A stretch of 64,000 nt of DNA from Peribolospora baueri (taxonomy: Eukaryota): positions 124,001 through 188,000 of the forward strand of contig JAMDHS010000014.1 in the NCBI GenBank assembly GCA_029717555.1. The letters run 5' to 3'. Below are positions 1 through 10,156 of this stretch, one piece after another. Position 1 is the first letter of the stretch. Each line of letters starts with the position of its first letter. The translations under genes and the position numbers were made by a program. Under the pieces are notes generated by a model. It saw only the letters and a list, made by a program, of their open reading frames with translations, ran no database searches and had not been told where the DNA came from.

Positions 1-208
1 AAAATCGAGAAAATAGGACGGATAGGGATAAAGAGCATGTGTGCGTTGCCGTTGCCCGTGGCGAAGGGCGCGGGGAGGTGTGGAAGGAGTACAGAGGTGT
101 GGATGGGGCAAGATGTAGTGATCGGGACGGGAGGGGAATGGAAGAAAAAACACAAAGCGTGGACTAGGATGCGCAAATAGGGATCTAGGAAGAGCGAATG
201 AAGAAAAT

Positions 209-1362
209 TCATCGACTCTCCTCCGATGGTCCTCGCGGTGAAGCCTGTCCAGCTGCCGGCGCCGGTGCCGGCGCCATCGTGGGGGCGGCAGAAGAGGCGT
301 TCTGTAGATGAAGGAGTTCTCTCAAGACGCGGTTCTCCTCCTCGAGCTTCTCCATCTCGATCATCCACTCCAACGCCTTGTCGCCTCCCCCAGTCGGTCC
401 GATGTCTCCAGCGCCTAAGCCGCCGACTGAAGAGCCTGTCCGCCTGCCAATATAGCCGCCCTGTCCTTCCCTCCGCCACTCCTCGTCCCCAGACTCCGCT
501 TCAGGGTCCTCGCCCTCGAGTGTTCGAAGAGCGTTTCGGACGAGATGAGAGAGGTGGGAAAGAGCGAGAGAGTTGGATGTCGTTTCGGAAAGCGATTGGG
601 CAGCGAGATTGTGCGCTGACGAAGCGAGGAGGGACTCATAGTGCCGGGTGAGGTTAAGTGCATGTTGCTGGGAGGAGTGCTGAGAACGCGAAAATAGAGG
701 GAATACGTCGTCTGAGCCAGAATCGCCTTAGCATCGGCCTCGGGCGACAAATTCGGCCTCACCGACTGCGCTCGGAACTTGTCCATTACAGTCTCGAGTG
801 TATTCTCGTATTCTTTCAAGAGCTGACTCAGTTGCTTGTTCTCATGTTGCAGCGCCTGGTTCTCGAGCACCAGATTTGCGTTCAGTTGTTCGAGCTCTGA
901 CTCGAACTCCTCTGCGTTATGGAAGGAAGCGGAGCACACCATAGGTGAAGTTTGTTAAAGAAAAGGAGGAAGGAAAACGAATGTGGGTGACCATGTCAGC
1001 CCCAGTCCCATTATTTGGACTGATCAAATAGGGACCGCCGTGCGGAGGGCGCCAGCATGGCAAGGGCATAACGCGAGCGACTGACCCTTGGAGACATCCG
1101 TGTTGAACCTCCGCAATGCGTAGCCCGTAGTATTGTGAAAAGCCTGGCCCTGAGCGATACGAGACAAACGGGGGGAGTAAAGAGCGGCGTCAGACTGGAG
1201 CACATATCCTCGCCGCAAAGGACACGTCCACCGACGACCGACCTTGAGGTCGTCAGCTTGGGCCTGCAGCCTGGCGGCCAGCTCGCGATTCTCAGACAGT
1301 TGGGAGGAGAGCTCGACAACGAGCGTCCAGAGACGCTGGATATCGTCGTCGACCACCGTCAT
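209..1362 (-). CDS. Small coiled-coil protein, SIKE/FGFR1OP2-like (possible STRIPAK-associated subunit); about 4 exons
   Basis: Spliced reading: [40 protein letters not shown] / [21 protein letters not shown] / [47 protein letters not shown] ... [17 protein letters not shown] ... EESR*, joined by GT-AG introns. Family assignment is from remembered similarity only. Confidence 0.6.
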
Positions 1363-1771
1363 GTTGGCCGCCTGTTTGAGTGCTTGTGCGCCGAGGACAA
1401 AGTCGAAACAGGGACGTGGTAGTGGCGGTGATGGAACAACGACGCGGGGTGCCTGCCGCAGCAGTGGACTAGGGTTATCGACGGGCCCTTGGAGTCGTTG
1501 CGGGTCGGTCAGACATTTAAGAGACGACGACGATGACGACGATAACGATGACTTCGACAATGATGACGGCGACGTGGACGACAAGTTGCTCGTGACGAAG
1601 AACGGCATGGTCGAGATGGGAGTACGTTGATGCTGAACCAGGGCGCTAGGCGATCGGCAGACCTCGACCTCGTTCTCCGTTTCAGCCCTGTCCCATCGGC
1701 TCCCTGTCCGCACCGCCCGTCATAGCATACACTTCTTGTCTCGGCTCCCTCGTCAGAGCTGTTTCAATGCA

Positions 1772-1855
1772 GCCCTTCCTACAATGATGATGCTTTTACT
1801 TTTTTTATTGCGCATTGCGCATCGTGGGCGAGGCCGGTCTTCTGAAGGAAAGGGC
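1772..1855 (+). ncRNA. Candidate box C/D snoRNA
   Basis: Box C ATGATGA (1784-1790), box D CTGA (1842-1845), terminal stem GCCCTTCCT / AGGAAAGGGC with a one-nt bulge; intergenic. No target identified. Confidence 0.3.
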
Positions 1856-2105
1856 ACCAGGTTGGGTCTGAGCCAGGCGCATGTACGCGATTCATCAGAG
1901 TCTTGTTTTACACTGACAGCGCCTTCAGGATGCATGCACCATCATGGCTATATAGTCGGCGTCGTCTCTGGCCTCTGATCCCTTCTTCTCATCCTGCGGC
2001 CTTTAGCTATCTCTCTCGAACTCCCCACGTTCGCTTGCTAGCTGCGCTCTCGCACGTTTCCGTTCGTACAAATCCCTGCACCTCATTTTATCCAACCCTA
2101 CGGCC

Positions 2106-2783
2106 ATGAAGCTCAGCACGACCCTCGTCACCATCGCCCTTGTTGGGCTCTCCTCCACGATCTTCGCGTCTCCCACCCCGGCTTCTGACGACGCCGCAGC
2201 TCTCGAGGTCCGCTGGAAGCATCCCCATAGTATTATCAAGGTAAGTCGCTTACGGGCTAACCATCCATATCAACATCGTTATTAATGGAATTCCTTCGAC
2301 GATCTCTTCGGCGGCTCGCTCGCACACACACACACCAAGGTGATCAGGCCTAAGTCTTGCTTGGCGGGTTTCAAGCGCCTCAAGGCCCGCGGCGGAGAAG
2401 GCGGCTTCCCGCTCGGTTCGGGAAATCAGCAATCCAACCTTTCCGGCAACGAGAACGACAGCGGCAACGATTCCGGCAATGCTAAGCAATGTGCCGAGGC
2501 CTTCGGCGGCTTCGGCGGTAAGGGCGGCAGCGGCTGGAACGTGGCCAAGGGCGTCTCCGACACTCCTTTGCTCGGTCTCTCGTCCGGCTCTGGATCTGCA
2601 ATCGGCGGTAATGGCGGCTGGGGAGGAGCTGGAGGTTTCGGCGGAATTAACCAGAACGAGGGCGGTCTCAACTCCTTTTTCGGTGTCAATAACAAGCGCG
2701 ACGATCTCGACGAGCGCGGCGGCCTCGGTTTCCGCGGCGACATCTGGCGCCGTGGTGGCGGAGGCGACGGGTGGAAGGCTTGA
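2106..2783 (+). CDS. Secreted glycine-rich protein with Kex2-like processing sites; 2 exons (intron 2241-2339)
   Basis: Signal peptide MKLSTTLVTIALVGLSSTIFA, pro-region ending LEVR, GTAAGT...AAG intron in frame with the 2340-2783 ORF, GGxGGx runs, KR/RR sites, TATATA at 1949-1954. Confidence 0.8.
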
Positions 2784-3164
2784 GTTGACGCCTCTCGCTT
2801 CGGTCTCGGATCATCTGTCCCTTCCCATTTCGGCCGTCCTTCTCCGAGGAGATGGTCTCCACCTTCCCTACCCGGGGCACCTTTCATCTTCCCTTTTGTG
2901 GAAGCTTGACAGATCGCACGTGTAGTTACCGTCCGAGACCCGGTCCGCGTAGAGGGACAATGACTCGCTGGCAAAGGAAGGCTCCAGACATTGCCAGGCG
3001 AACTGGACGGCAACGCAAGCACGTCATGTGGACGCGTAGAGTTGGGCGTGAGGGTCGTTTATTAACGCGTGCGGTTGCTCGTTTACGCGCTAGACGCGCG
3101 TGGCAAGGCTCACCATCGCGCAAGGGTGTTGGTCGGGGCATGGTCGACGATGATGATCCAACCA

Positions 3165-3422
3165 ATGTCGAACACCACCATCGCTTCGCTCCCGCCCGAG
3201 CTCGTTGTAGCCATCTTGAGTCACCTGACCACCGCCGAGCTCCTTTCCGTCCTCCTCGTCTCTCGCCAGCTCCATGAGCTCAGCCTGCACCTGCTCTGCC
3301 GCTTCATCAACCCTGACAAAGGCAGTGGCGGCGCTGTCCAAGGTTGGGCACAGGCCCGACAGCGTGAGAGAGATTGTGTCCTTCTTCGACGATCGGCCCG
3401 AGCCGGGAGACGTCCGGCGTGA
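3165..3422 (+). pseudogene. Truncated or frameshifted F-box protein gene
   Basis: MSNTTIASLPPELVVAILSHLTTAELLSVLLVSRQLHELS matches the F-box consensus (LPxExxxxIxxxLxxxxLxxxxxVxxxxxxL). The ORF stops after about 85 aa with no substrate-binding domain and is followed by the inverted repeat. Confidence 0.6.
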
Positions 3423-3576
3423 GTGGCCGCTACTCTCGGATGCGTGAGTACGATCGGCGACACAGAGCGACTGATCCCAAGGTCGGCGACGAGGTCTACA
3501 TCAATGCCATGAGACGCGTCGGAGCGGACGCCGCTGCGGCAAGCCACTATGCCCTTATCCTTCTTCCATGCTTTTT

Positions 3577-4886
3577 CACCATCTACGTAAACCTGACCAT
3601 AAGGTCTGGGTCGTCTTTGTCCTTTTCTCGCTCCCTTCCCTGCCTTTCCGGCCACACACATGCCATTCAAGGCCGCCCCGACCCGCCGCCCGAGAGCTCC
3701 GCCGGTTGCATCGCACACCGGCCGAGTGGGAGCGGCTGGAAGAGGGCCGACCGGCGCAGAAGCCACCCCTACCGGGCGCCCCGCCCGTGTCTCGCAAGCC
3801 GTCCCCGACGCATCTACCAACCCTACACACGCAGTGACCCCTCCCCGCAGACTGACCCCCGGCGGCCCCGCCGACACCAGGACGCCAGAGGCTGGCTCAA
3901 CTTGTGGAGACCCCTGACGACCCCAGGTCGGTGGCCACCGCCTTGAAAAACAAGATCTACGGCCCTGCGAAGAAGGCGTTAGACTCCGGGACGTGGGTCG
4001 GCCTTGACGCTGCTACTTGGAGCGACGTTCTGTTCCTGGCCACCCAGGTACTAACGGCGGTCTCGTCGCAGGTGGCGATCGCAGAGAAGGCTCTCGACGC
4101 AGTCGAGGACCCTCGCTAGCCTCGCTCGAGGCCGACGTCCAACAGGTGGAGGGCTCCATCCTGCCTGGGATCGCGCTGCCCGGCCGGCTCGACTTCCCCG
4201 GCGACAAGATCGTACCCGCCGTATGCTCCGCGATCCCGTCGCTCCCCCCTCACGAAGTCCATGGCCACCCCTTCCTCCACCAGCGGGTCGCCGGCCCACG
4301 CGGACCCCCCACGTGGGTCACGCTCACACAACGCCGGCCGGAGTCTCCGGTCTTGACGACCCTTCCTCCACCCACCGTCCGCAATAAGCTGCCATCCGTC
4401 AGGGACGGGGGAGTTGAGCCGGTCAGGTAGCGCGATCCGAGATCGAGGATGGAGCCCTGCACTTGTTGGACGTCGGCCTCAAGCTTCGCAAGGGTAGCGA
4501 GGGTCCTCGACTGTGTGTCAAGGGCCTTCTCCACTGTCGCGACTCGCGTCGAAACTGCCGTCAGCACCTGCGTGGGGACCCGCTTTCCGGAGTCCAACGC
4601 CTGCTTCGCAGGGCCGTAGAGCTTGTTCTTCAGGGCGGATGAGTAAGCCTCTGGCGCCCTGGTGTCGGCGGGATCGTCGGAATGTCAATCTGCGGGGGGG
4701 TGAGGGGTCGCTGCGCGAGCAGGATTGGTAGATGCGTTGGGGACGGTTGGCGGGACATGGGTGGGGCGCCTGGTAGGGGTGGCTTCTACGCCGGTCGGCC
4801 CTCTTCCAGCTGCCCCCGCCCGGAAGGGAGCGACAAAAAAGGCAAAGACGACCCCAGACCTTATGGTCAGAGTTGAGAAGATGGTG
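3577..4886. repeat. Degenerate long inverted repeat (arms ~3577-4200 and ~4406-4886; spacer ~205 nt) made of two decayed copies of one ORF-like sequence
   Basis: CTGACCATAAGGTCTGGG (3593) pairs with CCCAGACCTTATGGTCAG (ending 4870). Both arms translate alike: WKRADRRRSHPY in each; ALKNKIYGPAKKALDSG vs ALKNKLYGPAKQALDSG; LEADVQQVEGSIL vs LEADVQQVQGSIL. Confidence 0.9.
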
Positions 4887-5615
4887 GTCGTCTCCCGTCC
4901 CCAACTCGTCTTTCCGACCTGCCCGAGCTACCGCAGTTCCTTCCTTTTCCCTCGGTGTCCGGCGTTATAGTCCTATTGGTCTGACTTAAGGACCCTAAAC
5001 TGAATCAACCAAGCAATCAATCCACGCTCGCTACGCACGGGAACGACGCCCATGCTCTCTGTCAGTCCCCCGTACTCTTTCGATCCGTCTGCCTGTCTGT
5101 GCCTGTCTGCCTGCCTGCCTGTCTGTCTGTGCGCGCGTGCAATGATACCTTTCCATCTCATGCAAAGATGCCCGGAGCGACCCTCCTAAAGAGGTCGTTG
5201 TTACGCGTTTTGGTTGATATGGCATGAGGATGCGAAGACGCGGCGGAGTGGTTGGGGGCGGGGAGGGGGAATCGTCAAAGGGTAAGGATGCTAGTGTCAC
5301 ATGGATGAGGCGAAGAAGGGATGGGGATGGGAGAAGGAAGGAAGGAAAGGAAGGAAGGAAGGAGCCGAGGACCGCACTCCTCGACGCATATCTGAAACCA
5401 AACAAACACCCCAGAGAAAGGATGGTCGACGCCAACCGACCAGACCAAACCGAAGGGACCACCGTTCCGAATGGCAAAACCCAAATTCCGAAACCGAAAC
5501 CGAAACCGAGAGAAACACGAGAGAGAGAGGGACGAATGACTTGCGCGCGACGATGTATCCAGATAAGCGAAACCCCGATTGTCCTTGATGAAGAGAAGAA
5601 TGAGAATGACAAAAG

Positions 5616-5663
<48 letters not shown>
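5616..5663 (+). repeat. 48-nt poly(A) tract (poly-U on the CSC1 strand, in its 3' region)
   Basis: Uninterrupted A run, with GTCT/GCCT (5086-5130) and CCGAAA (~5487-5510) microsatellites nearby. Confidence 0.9.
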
Positions 5664-5667
<4 letters not shown>

Positions 5668-5837
5668 CAGAGAGGGAGAGATGTCCGTCCGACATGCCCG
5701 CCGACCGATAGACTCGAGGGAAGACATAACGAGTCGAAAGGCAGCAAGCAAGCAGATCAGACGGCCGTCCTGCTCATGCTCCCTTCTATGGAAAAGATTG
5801 GCGCACACGGCAAGGCCCGAGAGAAAGCTAGATCATC

Positions 5838-5963
5838 TCAGCGCCTATACCCGCCCGCGCCGTACCCTCCACCGTACGCGCCCGCTCCGCCCGCTCCGTT
5901 ATACGGTGGCTGACCGCCTTGACCGTAGGCGTAGCCAAACCCGCCTTGTTGACCAGGATACGC

Positions 5964-5994
<31 letters not shown>

Positions 5995-8900
5995 TGCGGT
6001 GGTGGTGGTGGTGGTGGCTGCCGCGGCGGAAGGGCCCGGTTAGGCAGATAGCCGCCGAGCGCAACCTGGCTGTCTACGCTCCCGCCTCTCGAGCCATGGT
6101 ACTCTCCGCCTCCCCCTTGCAGGGGTACGCTACCGCCGGTGCTCTGGCTCCCTGTCCGGACGCGATGGTAGCCGGAGTAAGACGACGGGGGCCCGTTCGA
6201 GTACTGCCTCCCCGGCAGTCCAGGCGGCGGCGGCGGAGGCTGCTGCATTGCAGATTGGAACGAGTGATCCGTTGAGACCGAGCCAGCGCGACTGTACGAG
6301 CCCACCGAGCCAGCGGAGGGCTGTCGAGCTCCCATTCCCGGCCGCTGAGGTGGGGTAGAGTAGCTGGGGGGCGGATACGCGTTCGGGGGGTAGGCGCCGC
6401 CGCCACCATGAGCCTGACTGAGCGTGGTGGTCGTGTCGGGTGTTGGGGTGCGAAGAGGCGTCTGCACGACGGGAGGAGAGGCGGTGTAAGGGGAGGAGTA
6501 GTTGGTCACGTACGAGTCCTGCCGCCTCGCCTGCGGTCGCTCGGCGGCGTACCCGCCGCCCACGCCGGTCATCTCGCCGGACGAGTTCCTCGCCGCCGCC
6601 GCGTACTGTTGCGCCGAGGTCTGATAATCGTCAACACTGCGAGGAACCGGATATGGCATGGGAGGGGTGACGCCGCCTGCCACGCCCACGGGCTGCGAGT
6701 TGTCGAGCAAGTTGACCGTGCTCAGCTGCCCGCCGTCGAAGCGACTCATCTCGAACTCCTCCTCTTTGCCTATCGGGACTGCGCCAGGCCCATTAGCAAG
6801 GTAGTGCTCGTAGGCGGTCTTGCTGAAGTATCCTCCGATGCTCGCGCTGCCGGGGAGGGGCGAGCGTCCGGCGAGGTCAAAGTCCGTGAAGGCGCTGGAA
6901 GCGAGCGAGCGCGCGTCCGAGTCGGTGCGAGGGTCGTACTCGAGGTCGCCTTCCTCGATGGCCGCGATCTTGAGGCCGCCCATGACCTGGTCGGTCGCCA
7001 CCTTGCGTCCGTTGATGTCCTCGGAGCTCGCGTTCTCGAGACGACCGCGGTAGACGCGCGGGAGGAGGTGGCGCACCTTGGCGTGGACCATCGGCGTGAA
7101 GAGCGCCTGATGAAGGGCGGGGTGACCGAAGCGCTTCTGAAGGCGGTTATTCCTAGCGTCGTTGACGTGCACGTGGCTCTGCGCGATCTCCTGAGCGTCG
7201 GGGATGTACCAGAGGAAGCGATCGCTATACGTCTTGTGCAGGTAGATCTTGAATACGATCACGCCGAGCACGGGAGGGATGGCGACGAGAGCGTCGAACC
7301 AGGTCTGGTCGAGGCAGATGGCTACGAAAAAGGGAAGGGGGGCAAAAGTGGAAACGCGGGAAACGTATGGAGGACGGTCAGGAAAGGGACTCGTCTCGAG
7401 GAGGTAGAGTACGGGCGGGGGCGCTCTCACCGAGCACCAAGACGATCTGCATGAACACGATGCAAACGAGCAAGCGGTTCTAACGACGAAATGAAAACCG
7501 AGCCAAGACAAAAAAAAAAGAGTTCGTCAACATCGATCGGCTTAAGGCGCGCGCGGGGCACCAAAAAAGAGAAGACGAAAGAGAAAGAAACAGGCGGGGA
7601 CACGTACTACGACCATCGGCCACAACCTGCCGCCGCTCTCCACCTTGGTCGTGAAAACAAACATGAGCTGATACTTGTAAACGATGGCCGACACGCAGAA
7701 CGCGACGGCGGCGAAGGTGAGGATGAGGGGCGCGAGACAGGCGTAGATGAAGCCGACGGCGGCCATGAAGAGCAAGATGGAGTAGTACACAGCGTACTCA
7801 AAGTCCGGCGGCTTGGTGAACTCGCGGATGTCACGCGGCGTGCGGCCGAACATGATGGTGCGGAACCAGGTATAGAAGAGCTTGATTATTTGGGCCAGGT
7901 CGAAGACGGCAAGGTAGCCACGTAGAGCTAGGGGAGGCGAAGGGTCGTTACGACCGTACCGTCAACCGAAACCGAACGGTCCGAAAGGGCAGAAAGGCCC
8001 CAGGAGCGATGATCACTCACGATACCAAGTCAACCAATAGTTCGATTGTTGGACGTAAGCCGTCTTGATCTGCCCGGGCAGCCAGGAAGCGTAGGTGGAG
8101 AGGATGTCGATAGCAGAAGTGTTGCTGTCCACGAGCTTTTTGATGAACTGATAGCTGCTCAGTCCGACGCCGATGAAGGAAAAGATGAGGAATTGGGAGA
8201 AGACGAGAAAGAAGAAGTACTGTGCCACGACCTTGCGGTCCAGGCCGGTCCTCGTCAGCTCGCCCGAGAACTTGGCGATCCTTCGCATGATGACGGGCTA
8301 AGGGGTGCGAAGGCGGCGGCGAGGGAGGGAAGGGGGAAGGAAGCGAATTGAGCGAGTGATTGAGGGAGTGAAGGAAGGTGGGACGACAACGACGACGACG
8401 ACGATCAGCTCACCAAGAAGTATCCGAACAGGGCAGACACGGTGGGAGGGAGGACACCGCTGGCGGCGGAGAAGCTCCACTGGCTGCTGTTGGACCATCC
8501 GTCAAGAAAAGGAACGAACTGGGACACGGCAGCCAGGTTGGAGAGGACGGAGATGATGAGGAGGGGGACAGTGTTGACGAAGCACACGGCGGCGAGGAGA
8601 AGGCCACCGATGATCTTGGAGCGCATCCTCTCGCCGTCGGACATGTTCAGGTTCTGCCAAATGATGCCCTTGGGCGGCGGCGCGAGCTCGATGCGCGTCC
8701 CTTTGGGGCGTTTGTGCACCAGTCGCTTGGCGACTTGGTGAGCGTAAGGGACGGCGGCGAAGGAGGCGAAGCCGTACGACTCTGGCTGCTTGTCGGCGAT
8801 GCGCTCGCGCGCGCGCTCCACCTCGGCTTCCATGCGGTTGATCTGCGCGGTGTAGTAGTCGATTGCGTCGACCTTGTCGCCGCCGAAGCCGAATTTGGAG

Positions 8901-10156
8901 CCGAGGCTGATCATCGGTCGCTTGGACGGGATCTTGTTGGGATCCTTGAGGTATGTGGTGAGGACTTGCTCCAAATTGCGCACCAGATTCGAGTGTTTCT
9001 CGATGAGCTCGGGCAGGACACCGACCTTGCGGCCGATGTGCACCTCCGTTGTCGGGTACGGCACCTGCAGTTCGGAAAAGACGGTGCCGAGGCCGGAGTC
9101 GGACTGGAGCCGTCGGTCTACGTGGGTGATCATGAGCGTGCGCGAGTGGTGCGACTTTTGGTACTCCTCCGAACGGAACCAGTCCCAACGAAGGCGGACG
9201 ACGGTGCGGTAGTTGAACAAGACTGTCGAGGAGGGAGAGACGAGGACGATAAAAGGTAGATCAACTCAGGCGTCGTTAGCGGTGCGGGCTCCCTTCCGAG
9301 CGGGATAGAGAGGAGCTTTGGCATCCGCACTCACTCAGCGCGAGGCTGACCGCAGTGCCAGCGTAGCTCATCACGACGTGGCCCCACAAGTAACTGCCTT
9401 TGACCTGGGAGATGGTGATCATGCTCAGCCACTGGCGACCGCTGTTGTTTTGGTTGTTGAGGTTGTAGGCGAGGTCGACGGGGATGAGGACGGCGCCCAT
9501 CAGGATGGCGAGCAAAGTGAAAAGGTTGCGCATCATACGCGTGAAGCGGAGGAACACGACGGCGTCGAGGCCGACCATGGGGAGCAGCTGCGCCTCGCGC
9601 GTGTGCACGAGGGGGGGAATCCAGGAGAACAGGCTGTGGCCGATCCTTGGGGGCGCTTTGCCTACTTCTGCGTACTTGTATTTCGGGGCATAGACGACCT
9701 AAAGGAGCGGGAAGCGAAGGGACGATGGATGAGGACAAGGAGGCTGGCGAGCTCGGGAACAGGAATCGGACCGGCGACTCGCCTTGTTGTTCGGAAGAAG
9801 AAAGTTGAACCAGAGGACAGTGACGGCGCCGATGATTGACATGAGTGCCACCTGGATGCCGACAGCCTTGGCGGAGACCTGGGAGTACTTGGCCTAGGAG
9901 GCGTGGAGACGTGGTCGGGGAAGAGAAGCGGGCCGGGTCAGCGACTGGTACGGAAGGGGGCGGACGATCTTATCTGGTATGGGCGCCTATTGCCTTGCCT
10001 TGCCTCGCTTCAAAGACGAACGAACAAAGGGCTGGGAAGGAAAAAGAAGGCAGGGCTTACATTCGCATCTGTGGCCACTGTCTGAATCACCTCGCCGACA
10101 CCCTGGCCATCACGACCGCTGAGCAACCGCACGGCGGCCGCTGAAAAGCGCTCCAT
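5838..10156 (-). CDS. CSC1/OSCA/TMEM63 (RSN1/PHM7-like) calcium-permeable stress-gated channel, multi-exon
   Basis: Motifs VGLDAVVFLRFTRM, SRTLMITHV, KVDAIDYYTAQINRME, YGFASF, LAPPPKGIIWQNL, YFFFLVFSQFLIF, YKYQLMFVFTTKVESGGRLW; long Q/G/Y/P-rich C-terminal tail. The start codon is inferred. Confidence 0.9.

Noticed and set aside
3577..4886. Inverted repeat as the TIRs of an intact DNA transposon or MITE
   Set aside because: The arms are diverged with large indels and look ex-coding; no TSD or transposase was seen.
5616..5663. Poly(A) as a retroposon tail
   Set aside because: No target-site duplication or recognisable element body is adjacent.
5031..5913. ORFs with poly-Lys or poly-Phe
   Set aside because: They arise from reading through the 48-nt A tract and microsatellites in the CSC1 3' region.
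6408..9839. Long plus-strand ORFs (348, 293 and 173 aa)
   Set aside because: Antisense to CSC1 exons; expected in GC-rich coding DNA.
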